This document shows, in pieces, positions 44,681-56,148 of a stretch of DNA of 64,000 nucleotides. Position 1 is the stretch's first letter. Each line of letters opens with the position of its first letter. Below the pieces are notes generated by a model. It was not told the DNA's origin and ran no database searches. It saw only the letters and a list, made by a program, of their open reading frames with translations. Source of the stretch: Naegleria gruberi (taxonomy: Eukaryota). The translations under genes were made by a program, and so were the position numbers. Where the stretch lies: assembly GCA_000004985.1 (NCBI GenBank), contig GG738865.1; one strand, 5' to 3'.

Positions 44681-45784
44681 TTATTCATCATCTTCCATAT
44701 CAGAGAATGGTTCTGAAATATCTGAAATGGCTGAATCTTCTTCATCTTGTTCTTCTTCTACTTTGGTTGGATTTTCTTCATATTTCACATACTGTAATTT
44801 ACCTTGTTGAATTCTCTTAGATTCTTCAGCTTGAAGGAATTGTTTAAGTGTTTCAGTAATTTCCTTTGATTTAACAGATCCAATTTGAGCACATTCTAAA
44901 ATTTGATCCTTTGTCAAAGCCAAACCACCACCTTTTTGAATGGCACACAATTCCTTGTGAGCATTAAGGGCAATGGTCATAAAACCTTCTGCAATCATTT
45001 CCTCTTTTTTACATGGATCAACAACGAATAAAGTAGCCGAATCATGATCAAAGAATGAAAAAGATGTACAAATAGGAATGTGATGAACACTCAATGGAAC
45101 TGGTTGTCTATCTTGAACAGTGTGAACAACAACTCTATCACCTTCAATTGTAACTTCAGGTCTCTTAAAATGTAAAAGTGCAGCAACAGCAGCTAAATGA
45201 CAACAATCAAAAACATTTCCATCATCTTGTAAAATATGTACATCAACACGTAAACTCCAAACCTTTCTTCCTGCAATAATACATAAAGCTTCTGTATCAA
45301 TAGATCTTGATCCTCTTAAAGAACGATCAATAACTCTTCCAATTTCAATACATAATTCTCTTTGTTGAGATGTTTGTTTTGTTCCTATTGGTCTTGAACC
45401 AACTGTACTAAAATCTATTTGAAATGTTAAAAATCCTTCGTTTGGTCTATCCATATATGGTTCCATAATACTACAAGAAACAATTCCCAATGCAATTGTA
45501 TTTCCTAATGTAACTTGAACTTGTCCTGAAGGAACAGCAAGTTCTTGTGAAGATGTTGGTAAAGAAAATTCAATACTTCTATAATCATATAAATCACGTC
45601 CATCAATTCTTAAAATACTCGGGAGTGAGGATGATGATGATGACGATACTATTGGAGTTGATTTCTTTGAATCCGATTTATTTGTACTTGTTGGAGTATT
45701 AGATTCAATAGGCTTGTTTTCATCAAGTGTTGTTAGAATAAAATTCTTTTCATTGCTCGAAAGTGCTGAAGGCTTTAAAGACAT
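44681..45784 (-). CDS. Exosome component RRP45 / EXOSC9 (RNase PH-like).
   Basis: LRIDGRDLYDYR, ..VWSLRVDVHILQDDGNVFDCCHLAAVAALLHFKRPEV.. and ..PLSVHHIPICTSFSFF.. are collinear with EXOSC9. An acidic C-terminal tail is present. Confidence 0.85.
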   Translation of the reverse strand: MSLKPSALSSNEKNFILTTLDENKPIESNTPTSTNKSDSKKSTPIVSSSSSSSLPSILRIDGRDLYDYRSIEFSLPTSSQELAVPSGQVQVTLGNTIALGIVSCSIMEPYMDRPNEGFLTFQIDFSTVGSRPIGTKQTSQQRELCIEIGRVIDRSLRGSRSIDTEALCIIAGRKVWSLRVDVHILQDDGNVFDCCHLAAVAALLHFKRPEVTIEGDRVVVHTVQDRQPVPLSVHHIPICTSFSFFDHDSATLFVVDPCKKEEMIAEGFMTIALNAHKELCAIQKGGGLALTKDQILECAQIGSVKSKEITETLKQFLQAEESKRIQQGKLQYVKYEENPTKVEEEQDEEDSAISDISEPFSDMEDDE

Positions 45785-45955
45785 TTTTTTATAAATTTAA
45801 ATTCCAAAACATTTTTGAAATAATTATTTTATGATGAAATATTATGAATTCATTGGTTTTATAATGTTGATTGAATCTAAATTTCACTAATAGATTGACT
45901 ATCAATTTGTAAAGATAACGAAAGATTTTATTAATATTAAATTTAATATAAAAAA

Positions 45956-46210
45956 ATGGAGAATATGCAAAGAATAGTTCAACTTTCATGGATTCCCGAT
46001 AAGAAGGTTGATATTGATAGAGATTGTGATATGTGTATATTATTTCATGATTCACCATGTGCTAATCAATTTGATTCCTTCTTAACAAGTAAGAATGAAA
46101 CAGATTTTGATAAAGTTAAACAATGTTTGGATGCTAACAAGGCTCTTTTTGATACGAGACAAGAGGAAATTCATCAAAAGATTCAACCATTCTTTCCAAA
46201 GAATAATTAA
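45956..46210 (+). CDS. Small Cys-containing hypothetical protein (84 aa).
   Basis: ATG is confirmed. It has a Cx2C...C pattern (DCDMCILFHDSPC) and sits in a 765-bp divergent intergenic region. No family assigned. Confidence 0.3.
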   Translation: MENMQRIVQLSWIPDKKVDIDRDCDMCILFHDSPCANQFDSFLTSKNETDFDKVKQCLDANKALFDTRQEEIHQKIQPFFPKNN

Positions 46211-46562
46211 ACCACGAGGAAGAAGAAGTGGTAATTGTTCTATCTAACAAGAACAAAAACAACAACAAGAATTTTCCTTCTATTAATGATTGGCTATATG
46301 AAACTAACAAGAAAGAGGAGTAAAAAAGGACTAATAGCTCCACAAAGATTACATTTTGAACTAGTCACGACACTATAATAACATGATAATTCATCATTGT
46401 GATGATGATAAGATTGAAGGCTTTAAATTATTTAATTGAATTTAATTAAAAAAATAAATGCAAAACATTCAACAAGAAGCCTAATTTTATCATACATTAA
46501 TAATAACTAATAACTAAATAATCCTACAAAGAGGAAGATAAAGTTTATAATTGTATATAATA

Positions 46563-49500
46563 ATGCCACCAAAGAAAAACAATCAACCTAAAATAACTGC
46601 CTTTATTTCAAAAAAGTCTTCTTCAACTAATGAATCATCTTCCGAAGAGCCTTTAAAACTGTCAGATCTACTACCACCATCATTAGCTTCATTTGCATCA
46701 TCATCATTAATAGAACAATCAAAGGAACATCATCATGGAGAACATATACAAATTGCAACAGAACATCAAGAAACCTTTCAACCACCACCATCATCATCAT
46801 TCTTATCTGGAACACCAGGATTATCTTTACCTAATAATGATGGTTCTTTATTGTCACTATTTGGAGGAGAATACTTGACTGAAATCATTCCAATTGAACA
46901 AGATAATCAACATCATCCAACAACACTTTTTGAAACTAATATTTCAAAATCATTGGAAAATCAGAATGCTCCATTAAATATTAGTGATCTTATGATGGAT
47001 GATTTACATATTGGTGGAATTGGTAGTGGAGTTGATTCAACCCCAAGTTTGGATGAATTAAAGAATCTTGATATTGGAAAATATATTGAAGAACAAACAG
47101 GTTCAGCTACAAATCAAGTACAAACAGCAATGCAAATTTGTAACATTTTCAGAGAACCTGGTAATCAACAAAATTCAGAATTGTTAAAACAAGCAACAAG
47201 TTCCTTGATAGATCAACAAGAAAATGAAAGTGATGATGATGATAATAGAAGTGTAATGACAGAATCATCTCAAGTAACATCTGAAAATTATAAAGGAGAT
47301 GATTTTGATGAAATTTATGGACCAGATGAGGGTGAAGGAGATTATGATTATTTGGATGATATCTTGAAAGGAATGTTAAAAAGAAAAAAGAGAAAGAGAG
47401 CAATGAAATCTAAAAAAACTAGGAAAAAGAAGGAAGACAAAATACCAAAAGAGGTTAAAGAAATGTTAGGTGAAGCAAATCTTGAATTTATTGGTGCAAA
47501 TTTTTCAAAAGCAGTTCAAATTTTATTAGAAGTTATTCGTGTTTGTCCAAATATTTCTGATCCATATCATACACTGGGTCTTATTTATGAAGAATTGGGT
47601 ATTTTAGATAAGGCAACTGATTTTTATTTAATTGCTGGTTTACTTTCACCAACAAATTTAGAGTTTTGGAATAGACTTTCAGAATTATGCATCTCAACAA
47701 ACAAACTTCAACTTGCTGCTTATTGTTTGAGAAGAATTTACTTAATTGATCCAAAGAATTATAACGCAAGAATCAAACAATGTGAACTTTTCATGATACT
47801 TAATCAACCACAAAGAGCCATTAATGGATACAAATCACTTTTGAAACAATTTCCTGGTGATGTTCCAGTTGTAATGTCATTGGCAAAGATTTACTATGAA
47901 CTTAATAGAGTTTTTGATGCTATTGATGTTTTACAAGAGGCAATTTCTAGAGATGAACAACGTGTAGATTTAACTCTAGTGAACATGCTCGCAGAGTTAT
48001 TCATCAATGAAGGTTGGTATGAAAAGGCTGTCAAACTTATTGAAAGAATTAGTGTTCAACAAAATTGTCCAATTGAAATTATGCCACCTGATATTTCTTC
48101 AAAATATGCAATTTCTCAAACCTATTTAGGAAAGCTTTCTAATGAAAAAGTTGAAAGTATTTTTGAAGATATTTTAAAATCACCTGTTGCAGAATTTGGT
48201 GATTTATTTTTCAGTATTGCAGAAATGTATTACGTTGTCAATGAATTTAGGAAAGCACTTAATGTTTACTCACTACTTACAACAAGTGAAGTTTATAATA
48301 AGGCATCAATTTGGTTAAGAATTGCTGAATGTTACAAATCTTTGAATGAAGTTGATGAATCAATCAAGTATTGTGAAATGGTTCTCCATGTAATTCCTGA
48401 CAATGTTGAAGCTAGAATATTATTGAGTGAAATTTATAAGGATATTGGTGATATTCAAAAGGCTGTTGATGTTCTTGAACATTCTGGTAGTGAAAGAGCA
48501 AAGAAAGATTTGGCCTCTCTCAGAAAATCATTTGACAAGTCTAGTAATGGTAACGATGATGATTACAACAGTGATGATGATGATAGTGATAAAGAGGGAG
48601 ACTATTCATCTGATGAAGATACAGAACAAGAGAAGGATCCAGATTTTAACCCTGAAGATATAGAACCAAGTGATGATGACATTAATTTACCTGACGATAT
48701 GGAAGATGAAAAAACTGAGGAACAAAATAGAACTGAAAAAGTTAAAGATATTAGAATTATGGTTAAGAAAGCTTGGATTTTACATTCGACTGGACAACAT
48801 GAGGAATTTATCAAAACTGCTCTTCCAGTAGTTTTGAGTATTCTTGATCTTGATCAGGAAAATCCAGAATGGATGAAAGAATTAGGAAAGAGGAAGAAAC
48901 GTATCATTCTCAATTATGATATTGGTCTCAAGAGACAAAGAAAAAAGATTGTTGATGTATCTAAGGAAGATGGTTGGACATGGACTGAAGCATTAAGTGC
49001 TATGGGAGATTATAATCTTTATACTTTTATTGTTGCTCTGTGTAAAGTATTGGCATATTGTCAACAGAATGAGGAATGTTTAAGAATATTATCAGTTTTA
49101 CTTTTAAATTCAAGATCCACAAGAAAAAAGTTTACATTCAAATCACATGAAGAAAAACAAAGAAAGAGGCAACATTTAAGATATTTATATGTTGCTGTTT
49201 CGTATAATAGTGGATTTTACAAACGTGCCTATAATGCAATTCGTCCAATTATTTCAGACAAACCATACAGCATACCATTACTTAATCTTTTCAATAAGAT
49301 TACAACTAGAGTTGGTAATATTTTAGCAAATCATGGTTTCATGTTAAGATTATTGGACAAACATCCACAATCAGTTCCATTAATGCTCCTGGTTGGTCAT
49401 AATTGTGCTATGAGTGGAAGTCACAAATTAGCTATTGGTGAATATTTTAGAGCTTATAGATTTATGCCAAATGAACCAATAATTAGTTTGTGTCTAGGAT

Positions 49501-49829
49501 TGAGTTATCTCAATTTAGTTATGAATAGAAGAACTGCTAATAGAAATCTTCATGTCATGCAAGCATTCACATTCCTGTATAGATATTTTGAATTACGAGA
49601 GGGAAATCAAGAAGCTCACTTTAATTTGGCTCGTGCATATCATCAACTTCGTTTATATCATTTAGCAACACCTTATTATAAGAAAGTACTTGAATTATCT
49701 GATTCTGGTAAAATTCAACCTGATTCTGATTTGAAGAGAGAAGCTGCTTATAATTTATCATTAATTTATAAGGAATCGAGTAATTATTCACTTGTAGAAT
49801 ATTTAACTGAAAAGTATTTGACAATTTAA
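46563..49829 (+). CDS. TFIIIC TPR subunit (TFC4 / GTF3C3-like). The start is re-anchored to ATG (MPPKKNNQPK...).
   Basis: An N-terminal acidic region is followed by TPRs (..AVQILLEVIRVCPNISDPYHTLGLIYEELGILDKATDFYLIAGLLSPTNLEFWNRL..). It has the overall size and architecture of TFC4. Confidence 0.7.
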   Translation: MPPKKNNQPKITAFISKKSSSTNESSSEEPLKLSDLLPPSLASFASSSLIEQSKEHHHGEHIQIATEHQETFQPPPSSSFLSGTPGLSLPNNDGSLLSLFGGEYLTEIIPIEQDNQHHPTTLFETNISKSLENQNAPLNISDLMMDDLHIGGIGSGVDSTPSLDELKNLDIGKYIEEQTGSATNQVQTAMQICNIFREPGNQQNSELLKQATSSLIDQQENESDDDDNRSVMTESSQVTSENYKGDDFDEIYGPDEGEGDYDYLDDILKGMLKRKKRKRAMKSKKTRKKKEDKIPKEVKEMLGEANLEFIGANFSKAVQILLEVIRVCPNISDPYHTLGLIYEELGILDKATDFYLIAGLLSPTNLEFWNRLSELCISTNKLQLAAYCLRRIYLIDPKNYNARIKQCELFMILNQPQRAINGYKSLLKQFPGDVPVVMSLAKIYYELNRVFDAIDVLQEAISRDEQRVDLTLVNMLAELFINEGWYEKAVKLIERISVQQNCPIEIMPPDISSKYAISQTYLGKLSNEKVESIFEDILKSPVAEFGDLFFSIAEMYYVVNEFRKALNVYSLLTTSEVYNKASIWLRIAECYKSLNEVDESIKYCEMVLHVIPDNVEARILLSEIYKDIGDIQKAVDVLEHSGSERAKKDLASLRKSFDKSSNGNDDDYNSDDDDSDKEGDYSSDEDTEQEKDPDFNPEDIEPSDDDINLPDDMEDEKTEEQNRTEKVKDIRIMVKKAWILHSTGQHEEFIKTALPVVLSILDLDQENPEWMKELGKRKKRIILNYDIGLKRQRKKIVDVSKEDGWTWTEALSAMGDYNLYTFIVALCKVLAYCQQNEECLRILSVLLLNSRSTRKKFTFKSHEEKQRKRQHLRYLYVAVSYNSGFYKRAYNAIRPIISDKPYSIPLLNLFNKITTRVGNILANHGFMLRLLDKHPQSVPLMLLVGHNCAMSGSHKLAIGEYFRAYRFMPNEPIISLCLGLSYLNLVMNRRTANRNLHVMQAFTFLYRYFELREGNQEAHFNLARAYHQLRLYHLATPYYKKVLELSDSGKIQPDSDLKREAAYNLSLIYKESSNYSLVEYLTEKYLTI

Positions 49830-49922
49830 ATAAATTTCAATAAGAATTGATTGGAAAATTTCAAATAATATTTCAAATAAAAATAATTCAAGAAACAATT
49901 TATATTAAATTATAATAATAAA

Positions 49923-50978
49923 TTATTGGAACAACTTTTTAGCAATGGTAGTAACATGTTTTCCTTGGAATCTTGCCATTTCCTTTTCTTGATCAGATGG
50001 CAATCTTTCACCTTTTCCACCAGCTATTCAAGTAATTAACGTTAATAAATATCAAAAATGATGATTCTCAAACTTACCAATAGTAGCACAACCATATGGT
50101 GAACCTCCCTTAATTTCATCCAAACCCATTTGAGTTGAACATGAATAAGGTAAACCAACATAAACCATACCATGGTGAAGAAGGACTGTTGAAAAAAATG
50201 AAATAATTGTTAAATAGAGGACCGTAATTGTACCAAATAAAGTTAAAAACGGTAAATGGTTGTTTACCAAATATAGTATAAGCTATACTCACCTGGTAAC
50301 GAAGAAAGCACCGTAACCTCATTTCCTCCATGTTGTGTAGCACTGGAAGTAAAGAAGGAACCAACCTTACCAACCAAAGCACCACTTGCCCAATGTCCAC
50401 CAGTTGCATCCAAGAAGGACTTTAATTGAGCTGTCATGGTACCAAATCTGGTTGGAGAACCGAAAATAATTGCATCATAGGATGGAAGTTCAGCAGTAGT
50501 TGCCTATTACATGTTTTGAAAATGATAATATCAATAATTTCGATTTCGAATTTTAAAGTTAGTTATTTGATCATCAATGAATTCAAATATCAAAATAAAC
50601 ATCAATCAAATAAAATATGAAAACATACAATTGGAATGTGAGCAAAAGCCTTTTGAGCATCAATAGCATTCATCTTTTCTAAAACTTCAACTGGCAGAGT
50701 TTCTGGAACTCTCTTTACAACAACTTCAGCTCCTTCAACTTGTCTTGCACCTTCAGCAATGGCCTCTATGAGAATTATTTAATTAGAAAGTATTGATCAA
50801 AATTGGATCATGTTTTTTGAGTTTGTAATAATTGAATGGTTGATCAAATTAATTGAAGAATAAATACTGTGAACAGAGAGTTTAGAATAGATATTATTAT
50901 CAAACAATAACTTACCTAACCAGCCATTTGCCAGATGTGACCATATGTTGAGTAAAAGAGAACGAGTACCTTGACCAT
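49923..50978 (-). CDS. WrbA-type NAD(P)H:quinone oxidoreductase (flavodoxin-like). Five exons: 50921..50978, 50629..50765, 50293..50503, 50078..50185 and 49923..50023.
   Basis: The spliced protein (204 aa) is [42 protein letters not shown]...[43 protein letters not shown]...[13 protein letters not shown]...[23 protein letters not shown]... It is collinear with E. coli WrbA. The four introns are 155, 125, 107 and 54 nt, all GT..AG. The first donor is GTTAGG. Confidence 0.85.
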
Positions 50979-51405
50979 TTATTGTGTTGATTTGTTTTTT
51001 TTGATTTGTTTGAATTTGATCTTTTGGTGTTTTAGGATTTTGTGATTTATTTGTAACCTTGTTAACATTGATCAGTGTTGTAAAGTCAAAATCAATGAAT
51101 TTCAAAGATTCTTTAAAGATTGATTTATATTTTCAATTACAATTTCATATTCCTCTTGTCAGTTATTGAAATAGTCAATTACACAATTTACTAATTTCTT
51201 TGATACTTCAATTCTACCATCCATTCATTTCAGAATTTGAATCAAAATGTTCCTCACAACCTCTCCTTCGCATTCTCTTTTAACAATCGAATGCACATAA
51301 ACCAATCATTGGTTCATTTTCAAAATTTATTCTTCACGGCACTGCAAATTTAATTCTTTTTTTAAATTCCAACAATAAAAAAATAGCAAAAAACAGTCGA
51401 GAGAG

Positions 51406-54400
51406 ATGGGTAAGAATACAGAGCAAAGAAAACCAAAATCACAAAAAGGTGCTATTAGTGCTTCTCAAGCAGCGAATGTACTTTCTAGTAAATCTGGTAG
51501 TAGTTCTAGTGGTGGTTTATTGGGAAGCTCATTGATGGAAGCCTTTAGTAAAAAATCAAGCCTTGGCTCATCATCATTGGATTCATCTTCATCATCTTCA
51601 TCATCATCATCACTCGATCCAACTGTACAATCCTATTTAAAACATTTAAATAAGAGAGATCCAACAACAAGATGTAAAGCATTACAATCTCTTACACAAT
51701 ACATTTCCGAACAACAACCAGAAGATCAAACTAATACATGTAAAAACATTTTAGAACATTTTGAAGAAGTATTTAAAAAGATTGCAGTGATAGACCTTGA
51801 TAGAAAAGTTAGATTAAATTTATTTATTTTATGGAAATTAATTGTTCAAAATGTAGGAAAGAAATTAGGTTTTCATATTAAAAAGATTATGCCATATTGG
51901 TTAATGGAAATGGTTGGAATTGATGATAGAGATGTTTCTAAAGCTGCTATTGCTGCATTTCATCAAGGATTTCCTCCAGAAAAGAGAGATGCTGCTATTT
52001 TATACTGCGATAATGAAATTATGAATAATTTATTTGAAAATTTTAATCAAACTGTAGAATCTTTAAGTTTAAACGAAACTGAACAACAAAGTATTACTAA
52101 AGAAGAAGCAGAAGAAAGATATTCAAGATTTATTACTAGTTCTATTCTAATGTTAAACAAAATGATTGATTTAACTACCCAACAACAACAACAAACAAGT
52201 CAACCAGCAACAGGTGAATCCTATAAGAAAATATTTGGATCTAAGAATTTTTGGAAGTTTTTAGGTATTAAATCTTATACAAATATTAGAGAAGCTATGA
52301 GTAGATTGACAATTACTTTACTCAAGAATGATTTATTGAAAAAGGATGATCCTGAAGTAGTTGAACATATTGTTCCATTTGTTGCTCCAATTTTTATTGG
52401 ATGTTTTAATCAACAACCTTTAGAAAGAACAACTTTGGATTCTTTAATTTTGTTTTTACAAAAATTTGCTCCTGAATGTTGGGCTCATGTTAATGTTTGG
52501 AAACAAACATTCCCTAGATTCTTTTCATTCCTTAAAGATCCATCTAATCCATCAATTAACTATCCAATTGTATTACCTTTCATTTCAATGTTAAATACTT
52601 CTATTTATGGAGCTGATAAGTCAATCAAATTTGTTTCTGATTTATTTGAAAATATGTGGATTGGTTTTGAAAAGTATTGTTCTTCAAATAATCCAAATGT
52701 AAATTCTGCTACTAATAGACAAGCTATTAAAGCTGATAGAGATGCAATTATTGATTCTATTTGTAATTGTATTATTTACATTGCTTTGCAAACTGAAAAA
52801 TATTGCACTGAAGAACAAAAACCAGAAATTCTCAAAATTACTAGATCTACCTTAGAAAAGATTACCATTTATTATTTAACAAATTCAAATACTGTTAATT
52901 ATGGTAAATATCTTTCAGCTGCAATTACAAAGATACAATCAAAACCAGAATTAGCAGAATATATGAATCAATTTTGGAGTGAAATTACAAACTTTACTTT
53001 GAATAATATTAACAAGATTGATGTAGTTTCAATTGAAATTTTCATTTCTAGGTGTGTTAAAGAAAAATTGGAACATGTTTTTAAACTTGCTCATGAATTA
53101 TTTGACAAGTGTATGATGATTGGACAAATTGATGTTGCATCCGCAGTTGCATTCTCCTATCCAACTGTATTGAAATCAACATTATTTGAAGATACTTTGA
53201 AAACTTTATGGCAAACAAGTCAATTCAATGAACATGTTCAACAAATTGTTGGTCTCTATTTTACTCAATTCCAAGATCAATTTGAAAAGTTTGAAAAAGT
53301 TTTAGAAGAAGAAATTAAAGAAGGAAGAGCTCAAGTTCCAATTTTCCCACTCCTCAGATCACTCTACTCTGAGGAAGAAACATTCAGCAAGACTAGTGTT
53401 TCATTGGAAAAGTCATTGTTGGCTAGAAGAGATCTCGACAGTATTGAATATCTCATCACTCACAAACTCTATTCATCAAAGGAAGATTTGAGAAGACTTT
53501 TAACTGATATCATTTCCAATGGAGATGATTTACAAGAAAGAGCTGTTGAATTTATCATTTCTACACCAAGTGAATATAGTATTGACAAGAGTGTTTTGTT
53601 TGCTTTATTCAAGGGTGCTCATTATGGTACTTTGGCTCAATTAATTTCTGATAAACCAAAGCAACAAGAAGACGATGAGGAGGAAGAACAAGATCATGAT
53701 GAAGAGGAAGTTTACACCAATGTTATTACAAGTGAAATGAAGAGTGAATTGTTGAATGATATTACCATCTATTTGAAAGATATCATTACACAAGATTCCA
53801 AGATTACCAATGATATTATTTTAGATCAATTCCTTAAACTTGTAGAATTATCTGGTAGTAATACTCTTGCTGATTCTGTTTTATTGAATTATGAAAATGA
53901 TTCAGTTTGGTCTTTTATTAGAAATCAATGTGCATCCAATCTTAAACCAATTGTTATTGGTAATCAAGTTATTTGGAATAGTACAAAAGATACCAATGTT
54001 TCTGAATTGGAAAAGTCAGTTATCAAGTATAGTCGTTTAGTTTGTGTTGTATTGTCCTATGTTGAAGCAATTCACAAGAATCAAATGGAAATTAGAGAAC
54101 AAAAATGGGAATGGCTTGTTAGAGAAGTTTTACATTCCTTCTATTTTGAATTCTTATTCAATGATTTTACCAAGAATTTAATTAACAAATTCTTAGCTCA
54201 TGTTAATTCAACTGAAGGTTTAAATCTTGAATTTTGTGAATATTTAGCTCATAGACATGAATTGGAATTGTTAAAGATTTACATTTCCATGAATTCTGAT
54301 AAGGTTTCTGGTTTAGATTGTAGCAAGTTATTATTCAAAACAGAAGATGTTAATGATGTTATTTCTGATAAGAACAAATCTAATACTTTCTATGAACTTG

Positions 54401-56148
54401 TTCAATCATTATTTGATAATGACACTGATTTGAGAGGTTTAACAATTTCCAATGAAAAAGTAACTGAATGGTTACTTGGATGTATTAGTATTTCAAGTAC
54501 ATTGGATAATCTTTCAGAGAGTAGCTATGATCACTTAAATTTAATCAAAGTACAAGCAGCTTTATCAATTGTCTATTGTAAACAATTTGTCAATACTTTA
54601 GAAGATGAAGAAGAAATTACCATTGATTCTATTATTGATTTTGCTAAAGAATTTTATGAACAAATCAAACAATCAAATTCTTCTACTGAATTGAATCAAA
54701 TTAGTATTATTGTTGCTAATTTATTAATTAGTGTTTATGGAACTAATGATACAGTTAAAATTGAAGATAATACCTTTGTTGAACAATTTATTACTTCAAA
54801 CTTGCAAGAATTAACAAATAATTTAGAAAATAATTTCGAGTTACTTGATAAGATTATTCATTTATCAGCATGTGTCGCTAAACACAAGAAGAATATTATG
54901 ATTGTTGAAAAACTCATTCATACATTCTTACTTTTGAATAGAGAATCTTTAAATCTCTCAAATCAATATCCAACTGTTATGGAGAGACTTATTAGTAGAA
55001 GTTCAAAATATTTGAAACCATTACAATTATATCAAAATTATTCTGAAATTAAATTAGAAAGTAATTATATTAAGGAAATTTTAGAAATTATTGAAAATAG
55101 TCAAATTGCCAATGCTAAAATTGTTGCAACTGATTTACTGTTATTAACAAATTATCATCAAGATGGTGAAAAAGTTTTAAAACTTATGGAAAATATGAAG
55201 AAACATGTACCTGAACAATTTAATAATATTCTTCAAGAAAGTGCAGTTAGAAATAAGCACATGACACAATTTGTTCAATTATATTCTGAATATAGTAATG
55301 ATAATAATAATGAGTTACCATATTTATTATCTTGGTATTATATTCTTTGTTTAATTGAAACAGATGCAATTTCTCAAGATCAAAATGATAATTCCTTTGA
55401 TTTATTTACCAAACTTAAAGAAAGTCAAGCTTATGCACCAATTTTAAGTTTATTAACATGTTTCTTATATAGTGGTGAGGATGCAATGTTTTCAATGGAA
55501 TTTAGAGAATTTGGAGATGATTTAATGTACAAATTTTCTAAAGTTTTACCTTTATTTGTTAGAATGTGGTTTAATAATTGTAATGATACAGTTACAATTG
55601 ATTGGATTCAAAAGAGATTTTCTGATTCATATAGTCCTGCCATTATTAGAGATGAAATTTCAAAGATTAAAAAATCAGATGCACTCTCAAAATCACTTGG
55701 AGCTAAAATTTCAATGGGAAATCAAATTATTGCCAAATATGAACAAGATGAAGTAGTGTTAAAATTAACAATCAAAATACCAGATTTATATCCATTGAAA
55801 CCACTTCAAATTGAATCTAATGAACATTCAGCAGTTGATGAAAATAAGTATAGAAAATGGATATTGAAAATGACAACCATGTTATTTAGTCAAGTAACAA
55901 GTAATGGTGTTTCAGATGTTTTAGTTTTATGGAAGGAGAATTTAGACAAACATTTCCAAGGAGTTGAACCATGTCCAATTTGTTACAGTGTTGTTTCTGG
56001 AAGAGATCACCAAATACCAAAAGTTGAATGTAAAATTTGTCATAACAAATTCCATGGTGCTTGTATTTATAGATGGTTCTCTACAAGTGGAAATCAAACT
56101 TGTCCAATGTGTCGTAGTATTGGTCAATTTGTTTCAAATCATAAATAA
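51406..56148 (+). CDS. E3 ubiquitin ligase Listerin (Ltn1/RKR1), intronless, 1580 aa.
   Basis: A HEAT-like body is followed by a C-terminal RWD region and a RING-CH domain (CPICYSVV..CKICHNKFHGACIYRWFSTSGNQTCPMCR). ATG is confirmed. Confidence 0.9.
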   Translation: MGKNTEQRKPKSQKGAISASQAANVLSSKSGSSSSGGLLGSSLMEAFSKKSSLGSSSLDSSSSSSSSSSLDPTVQSYLKHLNKRDPTTRCKALQSLTQYISEQQPEDQTNTCKNILEHFEEVFKKIAVIDLDRKVRLNLFILWKLIVQNVGKKLGFHIKKIMPYWLMEMVGIDDRDVSKAAIAAFHQGFPPEKRDAAILYCDNEIMNNLFENFNQTVESLSLNETEQQSITKEEAEERYSRFITSSILMLNKMIDLTTQQQQQTSQPATGESYKKIFGSKNFWKFLGIKSYTNIREAMSRLTITLLKNDLLKKDDPEVVEHIVPFVAPIFIGCFNQQPLERTTLDSLILFLQKFAPECWAHVNVWKQTFPRFFSFLKDPSNPSINYPIVLPFISMLNTSIYGADKSIKFVSDLFENMWIGFEKYCSSNNPNVNSATNRQAIKADRDAIIDSICNCIIYIALQTEKYCTEEQKPEILKITRSTLEKITIYYLTNSNTVNYGKYLSAAITKIQSKPELAEYMNQFWSEITNFTLNNINKIDVVSIEIFISRCVKEKLEHVFKLAHELFDKCMMIGQIDVASAVAFSYPTVLKSTLFEDTLKTLWQTSQFNEHVQQIVGLYFTQFQDQFEKFEKVLEEEIKEGRAQVPIFPLLRSLYSEEETFSKTSVSLEKSLLARRDLDSIEYLITHKLYSSKEDLRRLLTDIISNGDDLQERAVEFIISTPSEYSIDKSVLFALFKGAHYGTLAQLISDKPKQQEDDEEEEQDHDEEEVYTNVITSEMKSELLNDITIYLKDIITQDSKITNDIILDQFLKLVELSGSNTLADSVLLNYENDSVWSFIRNQCASNLKPIVIGNQVIWNSTKDTNVSELEKSVIKYSRLVCVVLSYVEAIHKNQMEIREQKWEWLVREVLHSFYFEFLFNDFTKNLINKFLAHVNSTEGLNLEFCEYLAHRHELELLKIYISMNSDKVSGLDCSKLLFKTEDVNDVISDKNKSNTFYELVQSLFDNDTDLRGLTISNEKVTEWLLGCISISSTLDNLSESSYDHLNLIKVQAALSIVYCKQFVNTLEDEEEITIDSIIDFAKEFYEQIKQSNSSTELNQISIIVANLLISVYGTNDTVKIEDNTFVEQFITSNLQELTNNLENNFELLDKIIHLSACVAKHKKNIMIVEKLIHTFLLLNRESLNLSNQYPTVMERLISRSSKYLKPLQLYQNYSEIKLESNYIKEILEIIENSQIANAKIVATDLLLLTNYHQDGEKVLKLMENMKKHVPEQFNNILQESAVRNKHMTQFVQLYSEYSNDNNNELPYLLSWYYILCLIETDAISQDQNDNSFDLFTKLKESQAYAPILSLLTCFLYSGEDAMFSMEFREFGDDLMYKFSKVLPLFVRMWFNNCNDTVTIDWIQKRFSDSYSPAIIRDEISKIKKSDALSKSLGAKISMGNQIIAKYEQDEVVLKLTIKIPDLYPLKPLQIESNEHSAVDENKYRKWILKMTTMLFSQVTSNGVSDVLVLWKENLDKHFQGVEPCPICYSVVSGRDHQIPKVECKICHNKFHGACIYRWFSTSGNQTCPMCRSIGQFVSNHK

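Noticed and set aside
50281-50296. ATACTCACCTGG, resembling U1 snRNA 5' end complementarity, on the plus strand.
   Set aside because: It is simply the reverse complement of the GTGAGTAT splice donor of WrbA intron 3 on the minus strand.
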